Origin: Candidatus Pyrohabitans jungbluthii
Lineage (GTDB): Archaea > Hydrothermarchaeota > Hydrothermarchaeia > Hydrothermarchaeales > BMS3B
DNA length: 64,000 nt
Direction: 5' to 3'
Assembly (NCBI GenBank): GCA_002010065.2
Contig: MTMD02000002.1
Location: 448,001-512,000 of the forward strand
Shown here: in pieces, positions 10,405 to 18,544 of the stretch
Layout of the letters: the number at the start of each line of letters is the position of its first letter
Numbering within the stretch: the first letter of the stretch is position 1
Program-made: the position numbers and the translations under genes
Notes under the pieces: model-generated
What the model was told of the DNA's origin: nothing
The model's input: only the letters and a program-made list of their open reading frames with translations
Database searches by the model: none

Positions 10405-11550
10405 TTACAGGCCCTCAATATCTCCGAGAAGGTAGTCCAGGTCTCTCTCTTTCTGAGGCTCAGCCTCCGCGGTTACCTTCTTCTGAATCTCCCTGGCGCG
10501 CTCAAGCATGCGCTTCACTCGCGGAGCGTTGGTTATGCCGGCAAGAAGCACCACGCAGCCGACGTGGTTCTCCTTGGGCAGCGGATAATCGCCGCCTCTC
10601 ACTTCAGTGCCTGCGATGGTGCTCTCCAACCACTCTCTAGCCTTCTCTATACCCTTGCGGTCAAGCTGGTCCGGCGGCCCTGCGATAACAATAAGAGCCT
10701 TGCTGGCAGAGCGATAGTCGCAGGGTAAAAGCAGCCTTCCCTTAACGGCGCGCTTTGTAACAGAGAGGATGCGCGACGCCTTGCCTATCTCATACTCCTT
10801 CTTCTTGAAGAGCTTTGTCAGGAAGCCTTCCTTCTTAACTGCCTCCGAGGCGTAGCCTATGCTGCATATCCCGCCTGCCTTAAGAGTGTTTATAATCTCA
10901 CTCGCATCGACCACCATCTCGCCCACATGCTTGCGGTTCTTCACCTCACCCGCTCTGCAGAGAATGCCAAGGCGCTTTACTATCTCGTCGTTTATCCTGT
11001 CGTACGCCTGGCGAACACTCTCGCCGCTGCGCAGGAAAGCACCATTGTCTACCAAGATGGTCGCGTCTGCATGAGGAATCAGTGCTTTAAGGCTACGGGC
11101 GGCATTGAGGGTGTAGATATCGCCCTCATTCTCCGCGGGTAGTATTCCTATCGCATAAACAGGCTCGTCGTACACCTCCTTAAGGTGCCTGGTTACAACG
11201 CTTATGCTCCCGCTTCCTGTGCCACCTCCCAAGCCTGCTACGACGAAGAAGGCGTCAAAGGCGCTGACATTCAGCCTTGATATACGGTTGAGGATTATCT
11301 CTATCTCATCCTCGGCTATTCTCGCCGCCTTCTTATTATCTGCACCCACACCATGCCCCTTAACAACCGTCTCACCCAGAAGTATGCGGTCTTCCTGAGG
11401 TATGTATTGCAAACCCATGAGGTCAGAAACCGCCGTATTCACGGCTATTGCTTCAAAGGTGTGGGGTACGTGACTTTTTCTATCTCTCATTATGAATAAA
11501 TCAGCTATTTTACCTCCAGCCTGTCCTAAGCCGATTACCATCACTCTCAT
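10405..11550 (-). CDS. cetZ: Tubulin-like protein CetZ
   Basis: IGLGQAGGKIAD, AVNTA..DL, VKGHGVGADN, GLGGGTGSG, MVVDASEIINTL, EVRGGDYP. Confidence 0.92.
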   Translation of the reverse strand: MRVMVIGLGQAGGKIADLFIMRDRKSHVPHTFEAIAVNTAVSDLMGLQYIPQEDRILLGETVVKGHGVGADNKKAARIAEDEIEIILNRISRLNVSAFDAFFVVAGLGGGTGSGSISVVTRHLKEVYDEPVYAIGILPAENEGDIYTLNAARSLKALIPHADATILVDNGAFLRSGESVRQAYDRINDEIVKRLGILCRAGEVKNRKHVGEMVVDASEIINTLKAGGICSIGYASEAVKKEGFLTKLFKKKEYEIGKASRILSVTKRAVKGRLLLPCDYRSASKALIVIAGPPDQLDRKGIEKAREWLESTIAGTEVRGGDYPLPKENHVGCVVLLAGITNAPRVKRMLERAREIQKKVTAEAEPQKERDLDYLLGDIEGL

Positions 11551-11669
11551 CTGCTCTGCCTCCAGCTCTTCCGTTTAGAGTGTACTTTTTCCCCTTATAT
11601 ATATCTTACCTTGGAGTAACTTTTACTTACGAATAACACCTTTAGAATAACTTCCTCACTCGAACCTGA

Positions 11670-11750
11670 ATGTGATTTTGGCTGTCAAATTTTTATGCAA
11701 AACATTCGGGTATCATTAATTTGTGAAAAAAATACCGCACAAAATCACAT
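11670..11750. repeat. 11-bp perfect inverted repeat at the island's downstream boundary
   Basis: atgtgattttg (11670-11680) ... caaaatcacat (11740-11750). Confidence 0.6.
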
Positions 11751-11753
11751 GTT

Positions 11754-12410
11754 TTACGGCCAAACATTCCTTCCAAACTTGGGATGGTCAGGATTGTATT
11801 TTAAAAATGTTGTTCCACCAAAAGTTTTTGTTATAATGAAAACAGGCGGATCTTTATTTAGATTTTTTCTGAAAAAATTTGTAGGCTTTTTTAAAGATCG
11901 ATTTCCCTCCCAGAAATAGGCACCTTTTGTTATATCTGTTGGATTAAACAATGCTCTAACTGTAGCCTCAAGATCAGATAACATATATTTATTATCAAAC
12001 CAGTTTTTTAGAGGTAGATTGTTAGCTTCTCTGTATCTAGCTGAATCTCGTCCATATATTGCATGTCCTCCAATACCTCCCTCCTTATGCGAACGCCAGA
12101 AATTAGGGCTCGAATAGTCTATGCCCTTATATTCAGCCCTATTTCTGATAACGCGAGCGATACCCTCACTCTCCTTGGGGTTATGACTTGATTCGCTATA
12201 CACCGTTGCTGCAATATCGCGAAGCACCGGTTCATCAAAAATGCGTAAAACACGAAAACCTGCAATATAAGAGGGGGTGCGATTTTTAACTGCTTCTACA
12301 ACCACTTCTTGCACAAGACAACAATCTAAATTCTCAAGAATAAATACCCTGTTATCTCCATCATCGTAATAACCAGAAAATGTCCCATCATCGCTGAAGA
12401 TGTATGTCAT
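11754..12410 (-). CDS. SleB/CwlJ (Hydrolase_2)-like cell-wall hydrolase, putative toxin
   Basis: DIAATVYSES...ESEGIARVIRNR, DITKGAYFWEG and KTFGGTTFLK parallel the SleB motifs LARxIYxEA..G..AVaxVILNR, DPTxGALYF and xIGxHxF; AT-rich; no signal peptide. Confidence 0.62.
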   Translation of the reverse strand: MTYIFSDDGTFSGYYDDGDNRVFILENLDCCLVQEVVVEAVKNRTPSYIAGFRVLRIFDEPVLRDIAATVYSESSHNPKESEGIARVIRNRAEYKGIDYSSPNFWRSHKEGGIGGHAIYGRDSARYREANNLPLKNWFDNKYMLSDLEATVRALFNPTDITKGAYFWEGNRSLKKPTNFFRKNLNKDPPVFIITKTFGGTTFLKYNPDHPKFGRNVWP

Positions 12411-12770
12411 TTATTCGTCACCCTCCTCAAAAACCCTCATTTCCACCGGCGAAAATCGGATTTTCATATAACTAATGTGATGTGGTTCGAGGTCTTTCAG
12501 CGAATCTGGCGAGATTCTAATCTTGATGTCTGATATTTCACCCTCACGTGTTTTTTTAACCTCAGGTGGTCCTGCAACGGCGAATCGCAGCTCCACCTCC
12601 ACGTCGGAGATGGTAAAAGCTGGAATAGAAAATGAGGACAGGGCTTTCTGGCTTTTATACGTATCTACCAGCCTAGCGCTCTCCAAATCTCCCAAGAACT
12701 TCGCTTGTCTCAGTGCTTGCAGTATACCTCCCACCACCGTCTTTAGGCTGACCTCCGCCTGCTCTGTCAT
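12411..12770 (-). CDS. Small DUF2589-associated/related hypothetical protein
   Basis: N-terminal helix LKTVVGGILQALRQAK followed by IPAFTISDVEVELRFAV, echoing the layout of the DUF2589 neighbours; likely start ATG 12770 (track start 12815). Confidence 0.65.
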   Translation of the reverse strand: MTEQAEVSLKTVVGGILQALRQAKFLGDLESARLVDTYKSQKALSSFSIPAFTISDVEVELRFAVAGPPEVKKTREGEISDIKIRISPDSLKDLEPHHISYMKIRFSPVEMRVFEEGDE

Positions 12771-12787
12771 TAATATCCACCCCAAAC

Positions 12788-12823
12788 GGTTAAAATGGGG
12801 GATGGAGTCCCCCACTATTAACC
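12788..12823 (-). promoter_or_regulatory. Intergenic stem-loop within the DUF2589 operon
   Basis: ggttaa-aa-tggggga-tggag-tccccca-cta-ttaacc. Confidence 0.6.
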
Positions 12824-12827
12824 ACGG

Positions 12828-13475
12828 TCAGCCGCCTCCGGAGCCACCGCTACCGCCGGCGGGAACAGTTATCTTCTCTCCCTCGGAAAGGGGTACCACC
12901 TTCATCGCATCGCTGAGCATATCCAGAACCCTTGCAAGACCTTCAGGTATCTCATCCTGCACAGCATTTACTGTAATCTTCAATGTACTCCTCCTGTCGG
13001 TTTCCCTCTTGTTCGCACTCCGGTAGGTGAAAGAGCCCTTGAGCTGTACCTTGTAGAACCAGCCCCCCGCCTTTGCATTTGTGCTTATGTTCGTCTCAGT
13101 TGTGGATTCTGATGTTTCCACATCCCTTATTTGATATTCAAAGTCTATTGTCATGTCGTTGATTCGAATGAACGGTATGGGTACTATGCTCAGGAGCGGA
13201 ACCGTAAGTTTCGAAGGCACCACCTTGTGCACAGTTTCCTCTCCTTCCCTCTCCTCAATCACCCGGTCGAATTTGAACTCCACGTATCTAGCCTCGTACC
13301 CCGTTTTGTCATCTGTGGCGGTCCAGCTGGAGTCCTCCTTGAGACCCACCTCCTTTATGAAATCCACTGTGGTCTTTGCCGCCAGTGCCTGCGCCTTAAT
13401 AGCCGCCACAAGTGGCGACCCAATTACATGCTCCAATGGAAGAGCTCTCAACTCTGCCGGTATATTTGCCATCAT
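12828..13475 (-). CDS. DUF2589-family protein
   Basis: LPLEHVIGSPLVAAIKAQALAAKTTVDFIKEVG...LTVPLLSIVPIPFIRINDMTIDF...PEGLARVLDML. Confidence 0.8.
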   Translation of the reverse strand: MMANIPAELRALPLEHVIGSPLVAAIKAQALAAKTTVDFIKEVGLKEDSSWTATDDKTGYEARYVEFKFDRVIEEREGEETVHKVVPSKLTVPLLSIVPIPFIRINDMTIDFEYQIRDVETSESTTETNISTNAKAGGWFYKVQLKGSFTYRSANKRETDRRSTLKITVNAVQDEIPEGLARVLDMLSDAMKVVPLSEGEKITVPAGGSGGSGGG

Positions 13476-13484
13476 CTCACCTCC

Positions 13485-14246
13485 TTATTTTTCTCCCTCA
13501 GCGAGGAGCTTTGCCTTTTTTCTCCATCCGAGAATGCGTCTTTCCGAAACGCCAACAGTCTTCGCCAGCTCTTTAACACCTTCATTTGTCTTGGTTGCAG
13601 AAATCAGGTCCATAACGGTGGCAATTCCCTTTTTCTTGAGGAGGTCCGCTGTCTCGGCTCCAATACCACGTATTTTCTCCACAGGAAGAGAGCTTTCAGC
13701 TTGCTTCTTCTGTGCCCCTGTACTGGCTGATGGGGTCTTACCGCTCAGTAAGTCGACAAGAACATCCCCAAGTCTCGCCATTCCCTCAGGAACATCTCTG
13801 GTGATTTTCATCTTTACCCTTATTGTGGTTGGGTTGGATTTCCCCAGGGGAGAGAACAGTGCCAGGGTTGGTGCAAGAGAGGCACCCTTTAATGCCGATG
13901 ATATGACCGACGATTTTATAGGTTCTGTCCTCGGCTCCACTATTTCAACCCCAAACTCCACGTCCATCTCCTGAAGCTGCATTACCGGAGGAGGTACCAG
14001 TGCAAGCAGTGGTATGCTCAGCTCCAGAGGTTTTTCTTTGATCTCTGTTTTGGACTCACCAGTTTCAGGGTCAATTTTTCTCTCCTCTACTATCCTTTCG
14101 GCTCTCAGGCTGAAGGTTCTGGCGGAACCTTTCTCCATGCCAAACTCTTCAATGAAGGAGATTGTCTCCTGAAGGGCAAGATTCTGCGCCCTTATTGCAG
14201 CTTGGAGAGGCAGAGCGAAAAGCTGACCTAACTGGAGGAGTTTCAC
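13485..14246 (-). CDS. DUF2589-family protein with C-terminal helix-hairpin-helix (DUF4332-like) domain
   Basis: PLQAAIRAQ..., LSIPLLALVPPP..LQEMDVEFGVEI, PEGMARL; C-terminal VEKIRGIGAETADLLKKKGIATVMDL...GVSERRILGW. Confidence 0.78.
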   Translation of the reverse strand: MKLLQLGQLFALPLQAAIRAQNLALQETISFIEEFGMEKGSARTFSLRAERIVEERKIDPETGESKTEIKEKPLELSIPLLALVPPPVMQLQEMDVEFGVEIVEPRTEPIKSSVISSALKGASLAPTLALFSPLGKSNPTTIRVKMKITRDVPEGMARLGDVLVDLLSGKTPSASTGAQKKQAESSLPVEKIRGIGAETADLLKKKGIATVMDLISATKTNEGVKELAKTVGVSERRILGWRKKAKLLAEGEK

Positions 14247-14328
14247 GAAATACCCCCTGCATAACCCCCTATTTCATGGTACTATTATTTAAAATTAACG
14301 CAATGTGAGCCGTTGGCAGATTATGATG

Positions 14329-14874
14329 CTATTTTAATCTGACCTCACGCAGCATGGAATACACAGCCCCTTTCGGCGTGAGGATGCTCTTCATCAGTTT
14401 CACCTCACTGGCGAGAACTTCACCAAGCTCATCCTGTGCATGCTCGGCAATAAAGCGGGCTATCTTGTTCCTCTCCTGCATGCTCTTCACTCTCGCCAGG
14501 GTGATGTGGGGCACAAAGGCGCGTTTCTCCGGCGGAAACCCTAGCCTGAGCAGTTCCCTTTCAAGCTTTCCCTGAAGCTCTATTAGCGCGTCCTTACCCT
14601 CGGTTATCCCTGCCCATATTACGCGTGCGCTCCTCGCGCTGGGAAAGGCACCCACGCCCCTAATCGAGAATTTAAAGCTGCTGCAATCCTCAAAGGCGCG
14701 CTTCATGGCGGAGTGCACCTCTTCTACCTGCGCTTCTTCGATTTCCCCCAGAAACTTGAGGGTTATGTGCAGACTCTCTGGGGATACAGGCTTCACGCCT
14801 CTGATGCTGGATAGCTCCTCAAGCAGCTTCGGAAGCGCACTCGTATGTGCATCCACGGCGATGAAGGTGCGCAT
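14329..14874 (-). CDS. thpR: RNA 2',3'-cyclic phosphodiesterase (2H family, LigT/ThpR)
   Basis: MRTFIAV, two HxT motifs (LHITLKFLG, PHITLARV). Confidence 0.93.
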   Translation of the reverse strand: MRTFIAVDAHTSALPKLLEELSSIRGVKPVSPESLHITLKFLGEIEEAQVEEVHSAMKRAFEDCSSFKFSIRGVGAFPSARSARVIWAGITEGKDALIELQGKLERELLRLGFPPEKRAFVPHITLARVKSMQERNKIARFIAEHAQDELGEVLASEVKLMKSILTPKGAVYSMLREVRLK

Positions 14875-14968
14875 GTTATTCTCTTCCTGCGTGACCTTTA
14901 TCTTATTTGCGCAGGGTTAGGGCGCGAAGGGCAGAAAGATTTATGAAAGCGTGAGCTAAGCTGTGAGT

Positions 14969-15640
14969 ATGGAGCACCGCATACTCTACCGTCCAACCTA
15001 TAGCATAGCAGAGATAAGGCTGGCTGAGGGTGAGGCGATACAGGCGGAAGCGGGCGCAATGGTGTACATGTCCGAGAATGTAAAGCTCGAGACCAAGATA
15101 AAGGGTGGTGTACTCGGAGCTTTGAAAAGAACTCTGCTTGGCGGCGAGAGCTTTTTTGTAAATACCTACAGGGCACATGGTGGAGAGGGGACAATAGGGT
15201 TAGCGCCTCCGTATCAGGGGGATATTACCCACCACTCCCTCAGCGGCGAGCTGTTTGTGCAGAGCGGCAGCTTTCTGGCATGCTCCCCTGAGGTGGACAT
15301 AGACATAAAGTGGGGCGGCGCAAAGACCTTCTTCGGAAGGGAGGGGCTCTTCCTGCTCAAGATGAAAGGCGAGGGGAGCGTTTTCCTCTCGAGCTTCGGC
15401 GCCATCCATGAGGTTGAGTTGCGGGGCGAGAGCTTTGTGGTTGACACGGGGCATATAGTCGCCTTCACCCCAGGCGTCGACTTCTCTCTGCGCAGAGCCG
15501 GTGGGATGAAGGAGACGCTTCTCAGTGGCGAGGGTTTGGTGGCTGAATTCTCTGGTCACGGTAAGCTCTACCTCCAGACGAGAAGCGTGGATTCCTTCAT
15601 GAACTGGCTTTTACCACTGCTGCCCTCCAGGGAAGGATGA
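14969..15640 (+). CDS. TIGR00266/AIM24-family protein
   Basis: AEAGAMVYMS, GGESFFVNTY, GREGLFL, VVDTGHIVAF, LYLQTRS. Confidence 0.9.
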   Translation: MEHRILYRPTYSIAEIRLAEGEAIQAEAGAMVYMSENVKLETKIKGGVLGALKRTLLGGESFFVNTYRAHGGEGTIGLAPPYQGDITHHSLSGELFVQSGSFLACSPEVDIDIKWGGAKTFFGREGLFLLKMKGEGSVFLSSFGAIHEVELRGESFVVDTGHIVAFTPGVDFSLRRAGGMKETLLSGEGLVAEFSGHGKLYLQTRSVDSFMNWLLPLLPSREG

Positions 15641-15672
15641 GTTTTTTACTCGACCACCAGCAGTTACCATTT

Positions 15673-15699
15673 TCACTTTTCCGGTGCTCTCGGAAAAGC
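15673..15699. repeat. 27-bp palindromic repeat, copy 1
   Basis: tcacttttccggtgctctcggaaaagc; 25/27 identical to 53711-53737. Confidence 0.8.
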
Positions 15700-15733
15700 T
15701 ACATTACAGCAGGGGTTAAGCAAGATTTAAGCG

Positions 15734-16690
15734 ATGGAGTGGCTCAGGCAGGTGGAGGAGTTTAGAAAGTATGCGGAAGACAGGCTCCTCAGAGGGGAAT
15801 ACTACGAGTTGGAGAAGGTGGAAACGCCGCTGAAGCATGCGCTGCCCCCGCACATGGAGGTGCGCCTCCTGGAGATACCGGGCATCTACCGCGTGGCAGA
15901 GCGCTATGAGCCAGCCACCGGGCTGAGGTACTTTATGGATGGGGTGCAGCGCACTGTGCTGTGGCGCTATTACGATTACCACTCTGCGAAAGTGCCCCTC
16001 TTTCTGCATCTTTCGGGTGCTGTGGTGCTGGAGCGGGTTAAGCCGGGTGTTTTTGTACCCGTAGAGCAGGGGTATCACAGTGCCATACTTGTGCCGGAGT
16101 TCATCTACGAGGAGTTCGCTGACCTCGAGGGCGTGGTTTCCATCGGGGAGGTAGAGCCCTGGGATATTGCCGAAATAGCCTCACTGGCAAAGGTTAAGTC
16201 AAAGGCGCTTCGTCAGGCGCTTGAGCTTGAGGTGATGCACCGCTTCCTTGAGCGCGAGGAGGAGTATTTACTGGTGAAGGACGGCAATATCATTGACACG
16301 GGCAGGCACAACGTCGTGGGCGTGGTGAAGACCCATACTACGCTATACCTTCAACACATAAACCCTTCGCTTCAGCGCTTAGTGTGGAATATGCCCCTAT
16401 ACCACAGAAGCGCCATCTTTTCTTTACGCTTAAGCGACGGCTCCCGCGTGGAGAGCTTCTACCTAAGGATACATGAGCCCCTTGCCCCTGAGACGGGCTT
16501 GATACGCGTGGAGCATCGCCTCGCCGACTGCGAAGAGCTTGCGGCTTGGCTTATAGCTGAGAGCAGGGTTTATTCACGTGGTGAGCGCTGGCACAATATG
16601 CTCTATCCGATACAGCGCTGCGAGGACTACCTGCGCACACAGCTTCCAAGCTCAAAGAAGCTAAAGGCGCTGCTGGGGGTTGTGGCATGA
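15734..16690 (+). CDS. NurA-like nuclease (bacterial-type)
   Basis: YFMDGVQRT, LLVKDGNI, VVGVVKTH, FYLRI, RWHNMLYPIQRCEDYL; ATGA overlap with the herA-like gene. Confidence 0.75.
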   Translation: MEWLRQVEEFRKYAEDRLLRGEYYELEKVETPLKHALPPHMEVRLLEIPGIYRVAERYEPATGLRYFMDGVQRTVLWRYYDYHSAKVPLFLHLSGAVVLERVKPGVFVPVEQGYHSAILVPEFIYEEFADLEGVVSIGEVEPWDIAEIASLAKVKSKALRQALELEVMHRFLEREEEYLLVKDGNIIDTGRHNVVGVVKTHTTLYLQHINPSLQRLVWNMPLYHRSAIFSLRLSDGSRVESFYLRIHEPLAPETGLIRVEHRLADCEELAAWLIAESRVYSRGERWHNMLYPIQRCEDYLRTQLPSSKKLKALLGVVA

Positions 16691-18282
16691 GCGCTCTAGG
16701 CTATGCAATAGGCACGCGCTCCTCGCCGAATACAGCGAACGAGTTTTACTTCTGGATACCGCCTGAAGAGGCGAGCCTGCAGATAGGTTCTATAGTTAAA
16801 GTGGAGAGCCCTGAGAACAGTGTAATAGGCGTAGTAGAGGAGATGAAGAGCTACGTGGATGTGGACGACTTCCTCACGCATGCGTTACCTCGTGGTAATG
16901 ACCCTCTGCTTACCCCGGCCAACAAAGAGCAGAGCATCCTCGTGTGCAAAGCGCGGGTGCTGAAGCAGCAGGTGGAGCGCCCGATTAAGGAAGGCGTTGT
17001 GTACTACCCAACGCGTGAAGAGCTGGAAGAGGTGTTCAACGTCGAGGGTTGCAATCTTCCCTTCGGCGTATTTGTGAACACCGACGCTACGATGCTCCCG
17101 GTTAAGGTGCACGAGGAGTACGTGCTGGGCTACGAGGGGGCGCACGTGAATATCTCCGGAATGAGTGGCTTAGCCACGAAAACCTCAACATTTCTCTTCC
17201 TTCTCGCCTCAATCTTCACCCACGCAAAGAGCAGAGTCGCGTGCGTAATATTCAACAACAAGAGTGACGATTTGTTGTACATAGACCAGCCTTCAACAGA
17301 GCTGACCGAAGAGGACATGTTAATATACGAAGAGTGCGGCATCTCACCTCGGGGCTTTAACGCCCGCTTCTTTGCCCCTAGCAACTTCTACGGCAGACCC
17401 CATTCCTTAAAAGAAGATGCAGAGGTGTTCAGGTGGGGGTGGCAGGAGATAGTGGAGTACATCCCCTCACTGCTCAAGGCTGCCACGCAGGACCAGAAGG
17501 AAAAGCTGGACAACGCCTTCTATGAGCTCAAGCGCATGTCCGTAGAGCATGGTATTGACTCCCTCGCTGAACTTCTGGAGTTCATGCGCCGCGAACTTCT
17601 GCGCGAGGATAAGGGCTGGGCGGAGCTCATCCGCGGTACCTACAAAGCTACGTGGGGGAAGCTGTACAACCAGCTCCGTGGGCTGGAGACAAAGTACGAC
17701 GGGCTCATAACCAGCTACGCCGACGAAGTTGTGGACATACCCTTCAACGATATATCCGACCGTGAGGTGTGGGTGATAGACATCCAGCAGCTTGGCTTCT
17801 ACCCGCGCAAGCTGGTGTTTGAGCGCGTAATAGACGAGTTCCTCTCCCGCTTAGAGCGCCGCTCCCTGAAGGTTGACAAACTTATAATTTTCATGGACGA
17901 GCTGAACAAGTACGCCCCCACCAATGCAAGCACAGAGGTGGCATCGCTAAAGGAGAAGCTCATCGAAATCGCTGCCCGCGGTAGAAGCGTTGGAATCTCC
18001 CTCTTCGGCGCTGAGCAGTTTAAGTCAAAAATAGACCAGAACATCCTAGGCAACATATCCACAGACATCTACGGAAAAACCAAGGATGCGGAGCTTGCGG
18101 AGCCGCTGTACAAAAACTTATCCGACGAGGTGAAGGGGAGGATAAGAAGGTTCTCCCGTGGCGAGAAGCTGCTTGATCATGAGCTTTTCGAGACACCGGT
18201 TTTTATACGTGTCCCCCGCCCGCCATGTATGCTGGGCAGTGAGAGGTCCAAGCTAAAGGCGATGCAGAAGAACATAGCCTAG
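16687..18282 (+). CDS. HerA-like ATPase (HAS barrel + DUF87/FtsK-HerA domain)
   Basis: N-terminal beta barrel, variant Walker A HVNISGMSGLATKTS, Walker B IIFMDELNKYAP, RGRSVGISLFGAEQ. Confidence 0.88.
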   Translation: MSALGYAIGTRSSPNTANEFYFWIPPEEASLQIGSIVKVESPENSVIGVVEEMKSYVDVDDFLTHALPRGNDPLLTPANKEQSILVCKARVLKQQVERPIKEGVVYYPTREELEEVFNVEGCNLPFGVFVNTDATMLPVKVHEEYVLGYEGAHVNISGMSGLATKTSTFLFLLASIFTHAKSRVACVIFNNKSDDLLYIDQPSTELTEEDMLIYEECGISPRGFNARFFAPSNFYGRPHSLKEDAEVFRWGWQEIVEYIPSLLKAATQDQKEKLDNAFYELKRMSVEHGIDSLAELLEFMRRELLREDKGWAELIRGTYKATWGKLYNQLRGLETKYDGLITSYADEVVDIPFNDISDREVWVIDIQQLGFYPRKLVFERVIDEFLSRLERRSLKVDKLIIFMDELNKYAPTNASTEVASLKEKLIEIAARGRSVGISLFGAEQFKSKIDQNILGNISTDIYGKTKDAELAEPLYKNLSDEVKGRIRRFSRGEKLLDHELFETPVFIRVPRPPCMLGSERSKLKAMQKNIA

Positions 18283-18491
18283 CTGTACTCGTAGATATCC
18301 TCCCCCTCCGAGGCAAGGCTGAGCATGCTGCCCGCGATTGCGTTAAGCGCTTCTCTCAGCTCATGAAGCTCCATAAGCAGGCGCATCTGAAGCAGAAGCG
18401 ATGCATAGCTCAGGTCACGCTTCCCTGTAATCCGCTCCACCTGACTGAGAAGCTTCTCCAGCTCCTCGCTAACCTTCTGAATATCTGTCAT
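18279..18491 (-). CDS. Small hypothetical helical protein
   Basis: RBS-like GGAGG upstream of ATG 18491; fills the gap between herA and nfi. Confidence 0.55.
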   Translation of the reverse strand: MTDIQKVSEELEKLLSQVERITGKRDLSYASLLLQMRLLMELHELREALNAIAGSMLSLASEGEDIYEYS

Positions 18492-18544
18492 CTCCATGCC
18501 TCCGGCTAAGTTTAAATACACCTCCTTTTAAACCTTACCATGCC

